57,074 bases of DNA from an uncultured Muribaculaceae bacterium (GTDB lineage: Bacteria; Bacteroidota; Bacteroidia; Bacteroidales; Muribaculaceae), in the NCBI GenBank assembly GCA_910578305.1, contig CAJTQH010000005.1, positions 1 to 57,074 on the forward strand, in the 5' to 3' direction. Position 1 is the stretch's first letter, and every line of letters starts with the position of its first letter. Positions 29,102 to 36,929 of the stretch are shown piece after piece. Both the position numbers and the translations under genes were made by a program. The notes beneath the pieces were generated by a model. It did not search any database and had not been told where the DNA came from. It saw only the letters and a program-made list of their open reading frames with translations.

Positions 29102-29510
29102 TGATATATCGTAAGATGTAATTGATAACAGGTATTAATATCAGAGGCATGATTATGGCTCCTGCGGCATCGGCGGCAAAATCGGCTACATCGCCGCTGC
29201 GTCCCATCTGCATGTGTTGCTGAAGTATCTCGATGAACCCGCCGATGAGGATAGATATCACCATTGACGTTATTGCCGGACGCAACCTCACTTTTGGCCG
29301 ATGCCGGCATGTGTCAAACACAAGCACGGTGGCCAGTGCTCCAAACATCATAGCGTGGGCTACCTTGTCGAAATGAGGCCATGGCATGGCATCGGGCATC
29401 TCATCGCTCGGCATGAGGGTAAGAATGGCGATGGTTATGACTATCGCAACGGTCAGTGACCATCGTGGTATGCGACTGACCATGTCGGTGAGTATGCGGG
29501 TTGAATTCAT
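29070..29510 (-). CDS. VanZ family membrane protein
   Basis: DKVAHAMMF, IEILQ, RSGDVADFAADAAG. Confidence 0.85.
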   Translation of the reverse strand: MNSTRILTDMVSRIPRWSLTVAIVITIAILTLMPSDEMPDAMPWPHFDKVAHAMMFGALATVLVFDTCRHRPKVRLRPAITSMVISILIGGFIEILQQHMQMGRSGDVADFAADAAGAIIMPLILIPVINYILRYINDKSTDSTRP

Positions 29511-29604
29511 TGATTGCAAAAATACTAATTTTAAGGCTAAATGCTGTCAGGTGAATCTGAAAATGATTAAATTTGCTTGCAATAATCCGAATATATTTGT
29601 AGAT

Positions 29605-30969
29605 ATGGCTTCAAAAATTCAATTTGCTTCGAAGATAGGTATGATTGCTGCAACGGTTGGTTCAGCAGTAGGGCTGGGCAATGTGTGGCGTTTTCCGGCC
29701 GAAGTACAGGCCAACGGCGGCGCGGCTTTCCTGTTGGTCTATGTGGCGTGTGTGCTGCTGCTCGGCATACCGGTGATGTTAAGTGAGTTTGCTCTCGGAC
29801 GTGCCGGACAGAGCGATGCCGTGGGTGCGTTCGGCAAGGTCGGTGCTGCACGTCCATGGAAAGCGGTGGGTGGCCTGGCTGTGCTTGCGAGCTATATGAT
29901 ATTGTGTTTCTATATGGTTGTAGCCGGATGGACATTTGAATATCTGCTTCAGTCGATATCAGGCGGATTGCTTGACCCGATATCGGGTGAGACCGGTCTG
30001 CATTCCCACTATGCCGCCAAGATGGACAGTTTTATTACCGACAGTGTAAATCCGTTGGTAAATACTTATATGATGATATTGATAAACATAGTGGTGCTCA
30101 TAGCCGGTGTGCGCAAGGGTATCGAACGGATGTCTAATGTGGCAATGCCGCTGCTGTTTGTCATTCTGGTGCTGTTTGCCGTAGTCAGTCTCTCATTGCC
30201 GGGGGCATCGGCCGGACTGGATTATTTCCTGCATCCCGATTTCAGTAAGATCACTCCGGGAGTCGTGGTCAATGCGTTGGGGCAGGCATTCTTTTCGCTT
30301 AGTCTCGGTATGGGTATATTGATAACCTATGCCGCATATTATCCGAAAGATACTCGTTTGGTGCAGACTTCTGTGGTGGTGTCGCTGCTTGATCTGCTTG
30401 TAGCGGTGATGATGGGACTTATAATATTTCCGGCAGTCACCACATTTGGGCTTTCAGGAGAGGGCATGCAGGGAGCCACTCTGGTGTTCGTTACTCTTCC
30501 GGAGGTGTTTGCGCAGCTTCCGGCCACGCAGTTGTGGGCCATCCTGTTTTTCCTGTTGCTCACATTGGCAGCTCTTACTTCAACCATATCCATAGCCGAG
30601 GTAACAGTAGCATTTATCAGCGACAAATTCAAGATCGGACGTGTGAAGTCATGTCTGATAGTGCTTTTGCCCTTGTTCGCTCTGAGTACGGTGTGTTCCC
30701 TGTCGATGGGGCCGTGGAGCGATGTGCTTGTGTGCGGCATGAATATTTTCGATCTTCTCGATAATGTGGCCACCAATCTCATGCTGCCAATAGGATCTAT
30801 ATTCCTGTGTGTGTATATGGGATGGTTTGCGCCCAAGGGAATGTTTAAGGATCAGCTTACCAACTTTGGTACTGTCAGGTCGCGTCTATATGTTCCGGTG
30901 CTGTTTGTCGTACGATATATCGCGCCGTTGCTTATATGTGTGGTGCTGGTGTCTTATTTTATAAGGTGA
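29605..30969 (+). CDS. Sodium-dependent transporter, neurotransmitter:sodium symporter (NSS) family
   Basis: GSAVGLGNVWRFP..NGGAAFL; GQAFFSLSLGMG. Confidence 0.95.
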   Translation: MASKIQFASKIGMIAATVGSAVGLGNVWRFPAEVQANGGAAFLLVYVACVLLLGIPVMLSEFALGRAGQSDAVGAFGKVGAARPWKAVGGLAVLASYMILCFYMVVAGWTFEYLLQSISGGLLDPISGETGLHSHYAAKMDSFITDSVNPLVNTYMMILINIVVLIAGVRKGIERMSNVAMPLLFVILVLFAVVSLSLPGASAGLDYFLHPDFSKITPGVVVNALGQAFFSLSLGMGILITYAAYYPKDTRLVQTSVVVSLLDLLVAVMMGLIIFPAVTTFGLSGEGMQGATLVFVTLPEVFAQLPATQLWAILFFLLLTLAALTSTISIAEVTVAFISDKFKIGRVKSCLIVLLPLFALSTVCSLSMGPWSDVLVCGMNIFDLLDNVATNLMLPIGSIFLCVYMGWFAPKGMFKDQLTNFGTVRSRLYVPVLFVVRYIAPLLICVVLVSYFIR

Positions 30970-31298
30970 TGGGACGATTTTCTTCAGGTGAGCGTCGCGG
31001 AGCCATCGTGCTGGTTGCATTGATGACTTTGATAGTTGTGGCTATGGCGTGGCTTGCCGGTAAGCATCATTATGCACCCCCGCCATCGTCGCTGCTTCCG
31101 CCGGAGCCGGTGAAAGTAACGACACGTACAGACTCAGCCGCCGCTCATCGACGCCGTGGCGGTAGGCGTCGTAAGGCCGATGGCGATAGCGCCTCAATGG
31201 TATCTTCGCGTAGAAAAGCCCGGAAGTCGGAGCCGAAAAGTCTGCCGCAGCGCAGTAGTCCGCTCGATCGTCCGGTAGCACCTGTCGACCGGCAATAG
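30969..31298 (+). CDS. Hypothetical protein, single TM plus basic disordered tail
   Basis: ATG overlaps the previous stop; FSSGERRGAIVLVAL TM. Confidence 0.6.
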   Translation: MGRFSSGERRGAIVLVALMTLIVVAMAWLAGKHHYAPPPSSLLPPEPVKVTTRTDSAAAHRRRGGRRRKADGDSASMVSSRRKARKSEPKSLPQRSSPLDRPVAPVDRQ

Positions 31299-31372
31299 CA
31301 AAGTCGGAGCGACTAAATTTGTATATCACGCTAATTCTCCCTAAATTCGCAGTAATAAAACATCATATATCC

Positions 31373-32230
31373 ATGACTCATTTCCGGCCATTTACCATCA
31401 ATATCCAGGGGCGTCTTGTCTGTATTGACAAACCTCAGGTGATGGGTATCGTAAATATCACTCCCGACTCGTTTTATGAACGCTCAAGGGTTGTGCATGC
31501 CGACGATATTACCGGACGCGTGGCGGCAATGGTGGCCGATGGTGCGGATATGCTCGATATAGGAGCTTATTCTTCACGACCCGGAGCATCGGAAGTGTCG
31601 GCTGAGGAAGAGATAGCCCGACTGCGTCACGGTGTGAGACTGGTGCGTGAGGCTGCTCCGGGAGTGCCTTTATCGGTGGATACATTTCGCGCGTCTGTGG
31701 CACGTGTGGCTGTCGAGGAACTTGGCGTTGACATTGTCAACGATATATCCGGAGGCAATCTCGACTCGGAGATGTTGCCGGAAGTGGCTCGTATGAAAGT
31801 TCCGTACATACTGATGCATATGCGTGGTACACCAGCCACAATGCAATCGCTCTGTCAGTACGATGAAGGCGTGACAGTGGGTGTGGTGCGTGAACTTTCG
31901 GCATCGGTGGAGCGGGCACGCAAACTCGGGATAAACGACATAATCGTTGATCCGGGATTTGGCTTCAGCAAGACGCTCGATCAGAACTATCGCATGCTGC
32001 ATGATCTGTCGCACATAGTACATGTATTCGGACTGCCAGTGCTTGTGGGAGTGTCGCGAAAGTCTATGATAACACGTCTGCTCGATATCACACCGCAGCA
32101 GGCTCTCAATGGGACTACGGTTGTCAATACGTTGGCTCTTGCCGCAGGAGCCTCTATTCTCAGAGTCCATGATGTGCGTGCTGCCAGAGAAGCTGTTGAT
32201 ATATATTCACACACACATATGTGTTTATAA
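31373..32230 (+). CDS. folP: Dihydropteroate synthase
   Basis: VMGIVNITPDSF, DIGAYSSRPG, DPGFGFSK, GVSRKS, LRVHDV. Confidence 0.97.
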   Translation: MTHFRPFTINIQGRLVCIDKPQVMGIVNITPDSFYERSRVVHADDITGRVAAMVADGADMLDIGAYSSRPGASEVSAEEEIARLRHGVRLVREAAPGVPLSVDTFRASVARVAVEELGVDIVNDISGGNLDSEMLPEVARMKVPYILMHMRGTPATMQSLCQYDEGVTVGVVRELSASVERARKLGINDIIVDPGFGFSKTLDQNYRMLHDLSHIVHVFGLPVLVGVSRKSMITRLLDITPQQALNGTTVVNTLALAAGASILRVHDVRAAREAVDIYSHTHMCL

Positions 32231-32242
32231 CCTACTACATAC

Positions 32243-33013
32243 ATGGACATCTCATTACTTGATATTTGCGACATAGCCATTACGGCACTGCTTATATTCT
32301 ATATCTACCGTCTCATGAAAGAGAGCGGTAGTATCAACATCTTTTATGGTGTGCTTGCATTTATAGTGGTGTGGCTTGTGGCCTCTCAGATACTCAGCAT
32401 GAAACTGATAGGCACTATTCTGGACAAGTTCATGAGTATAGGTCTTTTGGTTATAGTCATATTATTCAATGATCAGATCAAGCGTTTTCTTGTACAGCTT
32501 GGCGACAGAAAGCGATGGCGGTTTATACGTAAAATATTTATGTCGGGAAAAGCGTCAGGCAGTCAGGCCGACTCACACCGCAACATGATGCCCATTGTAT
32601 ATGCCTGCATGAATATGTCGAAAACTCGTACCGGTGCACTGATAGTAATCGAGCAAGGCATGCCTTTGGAATCCTATGAGCAATCAGGAGACATAATCAA
32701 TGCCGAGATAAACAGTCGGCTGATAGAAAACATATTTTTCAAAAACTCACCGTTGCATGACGGAGCCATGATCATAGCTCACGACCGTATAAAGTCTGCG
32801 GGATGTATATTACCGGTGAGCCACGACACAACTGTGCCGCGCCATCTTGGCCTGCGCCATCGTTCGGCTTTGGGCATATCTCAAGCTACAGACGCCTTTG
32901 CTGTGGTGGTATCAGAAGAGACCGGGGCTATATCTGTTGCACATCACGGACAGCTTACCACACGCCTCTCAGTCACAGAACTTGAACACAGACTGTCGCA
33001 GCTTGTAGTGTAA
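32243..33013 (+). CDS. cdaA: Diadenylate cyclase CdaA
   Basis: Three N-terminal TMs; SPLHDGA and GLRHRSA motifs; VVSEETG. Confidence 0.93.
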   Translation: MDISLLDICDIAITALLIFYIYRLMKESGSINIFYGVLAFIVVWLVASQILSMKLIGTILDKFMSIGLLVIVILFNDQIKRFLVQLGDRKRWRFIRKIFMSGKASGSQADSHRNMMPIVYACMNMSKTRTGALIVIEQGMPLESYEQSGDIINAEINSRLIENIFFKNSPLHDGAMIIAHDRIKSAGCILPVSHDTTVPRHLGLRHRSALGISQATDAFAVVVSEETGAISVAHHGQLTTRLSVTELEHRLSQLVV

Positions 33014-33149
33014 CAGTTTAATATATAGTATATTCTGTGGGATAAGGCTTGAAATGGTGAAAATAAATGCAGTCAAATAGCGGTAAATCAAAAAAAATCT
33101 CATATATTTGCACCACCAAAAGCTGATGACAGCTGTTATCAAGACACAA

Positions 33150-33237
33150 GGAGCGGTGCTCGAGTGGCTGAAGAGGCACGCCTGGAAAGCGTGTATACCC
33201 CAAAAGGGTATCCCGAGTTCGAATCTCGGTCGCTCCG
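33150..33237 (+). tRNA. tRNA-Ser(GGA)
   Basis: GGAGCGG/TCGCTCC acceptor, CACGC-CTGGAAA-GCGTG anticodon arm, long variable arm, GTTCGAATC; promoter TATATTTG at 33103. Confidence 0.97.
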
Positions 33238-33378
33238 CAAAAAAGAGAACTTCGGTTCTCTTTTTTTATGCGCCGAGATGAGAACGAGCAGAGTTCGTAA
33301 TCGCCTGTGGCGCTTGCGAAGCAAGACTCTCGGTCGCTCCGTAAAAAAGAGAACTTCGGTTCTCTTTTTTTATGCGCC
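33224..33378 (+). repeat. Direct repeat of tRNA-Ser 3' end plus UUCG terminator (33224-33274, 33328-33378)
   Basis: 50/51 nt identical; each has GAGAAC-TTCG-GTTCTC flanked by A and T tracts. Confidence 0.92.
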
Positions 33379-33403
33379 TCGTCGAGTTTTGTCGGCATAA
33401 AAA

Positions 33404-33440
33404 AGTGCTTTATCGTACTGCGAAAGTACGGTAAAGCACT
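33404..33440 (-). terminator. Rho-independent terminator for the 33460-33687 gene
   Basis: 16-bp stem AGTGCTTTATCGTACT/AGTACGGTAAAGCACT with an A tract on its left. Confidence 0.75.
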
Positions 33441-33459
33441 CTATGGGAAAAAACAGGGA

Positions 33460-33687
33460 TTAGTTCTTGTCTAATGTAGATATATCCAGTTTTCTGCATA
33501 GCCATTGCCATGCTTTCAAATATACAAATACGGTAGAAAAAATAAGAAGAGGCGTGATATATGCCTTTTCAATACCATGAGTACGGAACCAATTATTTAT
33601 GAGAGCGATGATTGCTCCATAAACAGCTGTAAAGCAGATGAAAATTATAAAATTGAGTAAGACTTTGCCTTTCTTTGATATTGTCAT
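33460..33687 (-). CDS. Small two-TM hypothetical protein
   Basis: ATG 33687 follows TAATTTTG; two hydrophobic segments. Confidence 0.6.
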   Translation of the reverse strand: MTISKKGKVLLNFIIFICFTAVYGAIIALINNWFRTHGIEKAYITPLLIFSTVFVYLKAWQWLCRKLDISTLDKN

Positions 33688-33737
33688 ATTTAATTTTTGT
33701 GATGCAAAATTACGGAAAATCAGAGATTGACGCAAGT

Positions 33738-33770
33738 AAAAGCCTCTCTGATCGCTCAGTGAGGCTTTTT
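33738..33770. terminator. Bidirectional terminator-like hairpin
   Basis: AAAAGCCTC..CTGA..TCAG..GAGGCTTTT. Confidence 0.6.
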
Positions 33771-33992
33771 GGTCGGGTCGTTCAATATCCACCTCCTCAC
33801 GGAACACGATATACGAGTTGACCGGATTAATTAGAGTAGCCAATTTTTTGTGTCCTTGTATCTCGTTCATGTTCAAAATTTATAATGCGAGATTAAGCAA
33901 AATTCCTGAAACGCATAATGAGAACATGTTTATTATTCGGCCGACAAAAACTGAAGCGATCACCACCTCATCACCCTCCGCCACTAACCCCA

Positions 33993-34048
33993 TAATCGCC
34001 TGTGGCACTTGCGGAGCGACCGAGATGAAGAACGAGCAAAGTTCGTAA
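33993..34048 (+). repeat. Permuted copy of the tRNA-associated repeat, with inverted tRNA-Ser 3' end
   Basis: 34009-34026 is the exact reverse complement of 33223-33240; flanks match 33298-33318 and 33273-33300. Confidence 0.85.
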
Positions 34049-34353
34049 AGGGTCTTGAGTTTGTTTGTGGCGTAGTCCCCAGCGATAAATGCTATATGTA
34101 AAACGAGATCAATAATATAATTAAAAACCAAAACACTTCAAACAATGAATCTACAATTCATGAAACGAAGTCTCGCCCAAGGCATTGAGACACCGGTAAT
34201 TAGCTGGGATCTGCACTGCTTCTGCCAATTCCGTAGGATATGGCATTGATGGGCGTGCCACGACTTATCAAGAGGTGTGCAATTCCAATCCTGTAAGCGT
34301 GAGAGAGAGCAATAGAATCGTTACGACCCTTGGTCGTTCATTGTGTGGTATTT

Positions 34354-35295
34354 TTACTGCAGGTTATCATTAGTCACATAAATTTCGCCTGATTCTAGGA
34401 AATCATATGTATAATCAGCATTAAATGTCGATATCGAGTTATTATTCCTTTCATGGTAATATAGCGAAACTATGAATTCCCATAAACCTTTATCACATAT
34501 CGTATGCACTCCAACTTTTCCTTTTTCAATATTAATTTGATATAAGTCTATATCTTTTATTTTATGATCAATCGTACTAAACCTTGCCGTACCTCCTACG
34601 ACCGCTTTTATTTTAACCGTTGGTAAGATGTCTCCGTCTGTCAAGACTAACTCAAAGTCTTCCTTATTTCCATCTTTATCAAAAACATATACGTTATATT
34701 TGCTGTTAATTTGATCTGCGCTCCAAGAGCCAATTTGTCGACTATTAACTCGGTCTAGTAAAAATGTATTTTTCGCTGAAGTTATCCAATTATAAGTGTT
34801 GGAATCCCGTATAAGCCACCCATCAACAGATAAAGTCAATGAATTTAAAACTTCATTTTCAATTACATTAGTAGGATATTTCTTAATTAGAGATGAAACA
34901 TATTTACAAATATTGGGGTCACTAAATGAATGAGACTTCATGTCATTTTCAATATTTTTAAAATAAACGACATCAGTCTTAAATGCTCCTGCACTAGAGC
35001 CGAGATCATCTTTTACATCTACTGAAACATGATTTAATCTTGAAATACTCCCCCGTCCACCAGTAGTACCGGCATCCCATTCCATCCAGATTCTAAACGA
35101 AGATGGTGAATTCTTTTCTTTTATTAGAGCAATATATATATAATTAAACCCTTTAATATCATTGAATTCTTTACTTTCGTATACAATAAAATCTGAGAGC
35201 TGCTGTGCATTTGTATATTGGCTATAAGGTAGGCTCATAGTTAAAATGAGAGTTAAATAAAATGCATAACTCCTTAGGTTCAGAATAAATGACAT
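34354..35295 (-). CDS. AT-rich hypothetical exported protein
   Basis: 313 aa ORF with hydrophobic N-terminus; TAAATTTG promoter at 35367-35374; family not recognised. Confidence 0.7.
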   Translation of the reverse strand: MSFILNLRSYAFYLTLILTMSLPYSQYTNAQQLSDFIVYESKEFNDIKGFNYIYIALIKEKNSPSSFRIWMEWDAGTTGGRGSISRLNHVSVDVKDDLGSSAGAFKTDVVYFKNIENDMKSHSFSDPNICKYVSSLIKKYPTNVIENEVLNSLTLSVDGWLIRDSNTYNWITSAKNTFLLDRVNSRQIGSWSADQINSKYNVYVFDKDGNKEDFELVLTDGDILPTVKIKAVVGGTARFSTIDHKIKDIDLYQINIEKGKVGVHTICDKGLWEFIVSLYYHERNNNSISTFNADYTYDFLESGEIYVTNDNLQ

Positions 35296-35417
35296 TTTTG
35301 TATGTATAGTTAAAAATGATAATTATGTTAATTGATTTATCTTCAATAGTTTAATGATTGATAGTGCAAATTTACGAATAATTTTGAGTTTTCAAAAATA
35401 CCCTCCAAAATTCCATT

Positions 35418-35830
35418 AAAAGAAGTAGCCGGAGGCTTTCTTTTCGTTCCTGAACACTGGCGGGGCAAACAACTTTGCGGTTTCCGACTTATGCCATTCC
35501 TCAAAAGATTCAGCGTTAAGCCAAATGTAATTCACAATATCCGCGAGCCTACTCGAATTGAATGATCCCGACCGCAGGTAGCCTACGACCAGCGCTTTTA
35601 TCTGCCAGACAATCTCACTCGGCTCTTGCGTCAGATCTCCGTATCGAGAAGGAAGTCCTCGACATGTCTTTCTCGACGAGCGCGAGCAAGTCGAAAGGTA
35701 TCTGATTGTCCTCGCCTCACGGAACACGGTAGCCGAATTGACAGTGAATGCTGCGCAAGCTTCGAAGCCGAGCAGCGTTTCTATGCTTGAAAGCATAGCG
35801 ACGGTGTCGATAACGACGGAGTTAAAATTA
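35418..35830. other. Hairpin-rich, probably non-coding tract (candidate ncRNA or mobile-element remnant)
   Basis: Stems at 35418-35444, 35644-35676, 35750-35776, 35781-35798; visibly more GC-rich than flanking genes. Confidence 0.4.
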
Positions 35831-35911
35831 AGGTCGGGAAAAGATAAGTCCATAACTTGCTGATTTTTCAGCGAAGTTACGGACTCTATAAGTGGGCGAT
35901 AAAGGACGCGG

Positions 35912-36379
35912 CTATTCGGTCGGATTCGTTTCACCGAACGTCCTATTTATAAATAAGAATGTATTACAAACACCGTCTCCATTAGAATTGGTTATCGTTA
36001 TTTGGTCAGACTTTTCAGGTTCATCCGATGTGTTTTCTTCAAAGTGGATTTTAAGCGTGTTGTGGTTTACCGATGTTAAGGAGAATCCCATTTCAGGATT
36101 TGTATATGAATCATTCGGACCTACTAATGTAAAATTGATGTCGTGATTTGAACACATTAATACTACATCTCCCTCTCTATAATTTGCTTCAATGTATATG
36201 ACCGAAGAATTAGGGAAACTCGTAGCAGTGCGATTTTGTATGGTTACTTTGAAGTCTTCTGAATCAGACACGGATACTAATTCCCAATCCATATAGTCTT
36301 CCACGGGTTCATTTGTGCAAGAGTACAACGATGTCACTATTGAAAGTATAAGTAGCAATGAACAAATTTTTAATTTCAT
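35912..36379 (-). CDS. Hypothetical lipoprotein
   Basis: MKLK..SLYSC lipobox followed by an acidic stretch. Confidence 0.75.
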   Translation of the reverse strand: MKLKICSLLLILSIVTSLYSCTNEPVEDYMDWELVSVSDSEDFKVTIQNRTATSFPNSSVIYIEANYREGDVVLMCSNHDINFTLVGPNDSYTNPEMGFSLTSVNHNTLKIHFEENTSDEPEKSDQITITNSNGDGVCNTFLFINRTFGETNPTE

Positions 36380-36421
36380 AATAGGGAGTATTTATGTGGC
36401 AAGAGAGTTGTATGATAAATG

Positions 36422-36455
36422 AAACGAGGAAAATCCTTGCGGAGATTCCTCGTTT
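36422..36455 (-). terminator. Terminator after tRNA-Leu
   Basis: AAACGAGGAA..TTCCTCGTTT arms. Confidence 0.7.
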
Positions 36456-36464
36456 TTAAATTTG

Positions 36465-36546
36465 TGCGCACGAAGGGACTCGAACCCCCACGTCGTAAGA
36501 CACTAGATCCTAAGTCTAGCGCGGCTACCAATTACGCCACGTGCGC
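36465..36546 (-). tRNA. tRNA-Leu(TAG)
   Basis: GCGCACG/CGTGCGC acceptor, CTAGA-CTTAGGA-TCTAG anticodon arm, GGTTCGAGTCC; promoter TAATTTTG at 36560-36567. Confidence 0.97.
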
Positions 36547-36600
36547 AGGATTTATGATGCAAAATTAAGAATTATGCTTCATATTTCCAAATTTAAATGC

Positions 36601-36894
36601 TTAAATGGCTTGCTCGATGTGCCAAACAAATGCTCTCAATCCTAATTTGGGAGATGCTTCGTCCATGGCTTTCAGTGAGTTGAGGAGCGTTTCTACTCTA
36701 TGATCCTCGACCATAGTTATAATGGCTGAGGCGAGTGATGGCCATGCATGAGAGCCGAAGTGCGGCTCTCCGGAGCTTGATCCGCGGCCCTGGACTTCTT
36801 TCCAGGCTGTGAATCCGCGGCAGTTGGATTTTTCAAGCATGGTGACTATGGCTTCGTAGTGGGCTTGGTCAAATGTTATCAGTATCGATTTCAT
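36601..36894 (-). CDS. PII-like transporter-associated protein (PG0541 family)
   Basis: RGFTAWKEVQGRGS..GEPHFGSHAWP; last gene of the RND operon. Confidence 0.85.
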   Translation of the reverse strand: MKSILITFDQAHYEAIVTMLEKSNCRGFTAWKEVQGRGSSSGEPHFGSHAWPSLASAIITMVEDHRVETLLNSLKAMDEASPKLGLRAFVWHIEQAI

Positions 36895-36929
36895 ATCGTA
36901 GGAATAAACGTGGTAAAAAGTGTGGGTTT

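Noticed and set aside
33224..33378. Repeat-spacer-repeat pattern as a mini CRISPR array
   Set aside because: Only two units, the repeat is the tRNA end plus terminator, and no cas genes are present
33018..33400. ORFs with repeated KKREPKFSFL peptides
   Set aside because: Translation shadows of tRNA-Ser and its duplicated terminator
33971..33983. TCACCCTCCGCCA as the 3' end of another tRNA-Ser
   Set aside because: Only 13 nt with no T-arm; cannot be told from chance
34145..34372. Possible degraded plus-strand exported-protein gene
   Set aside because: Short broken frames with no recognisable family
35416..35934. 172-aa minus-strand ORF as a gene
   Set aside because: Overlaps the lipoprotein gene end, runs through several hairpins, no recognisable motif
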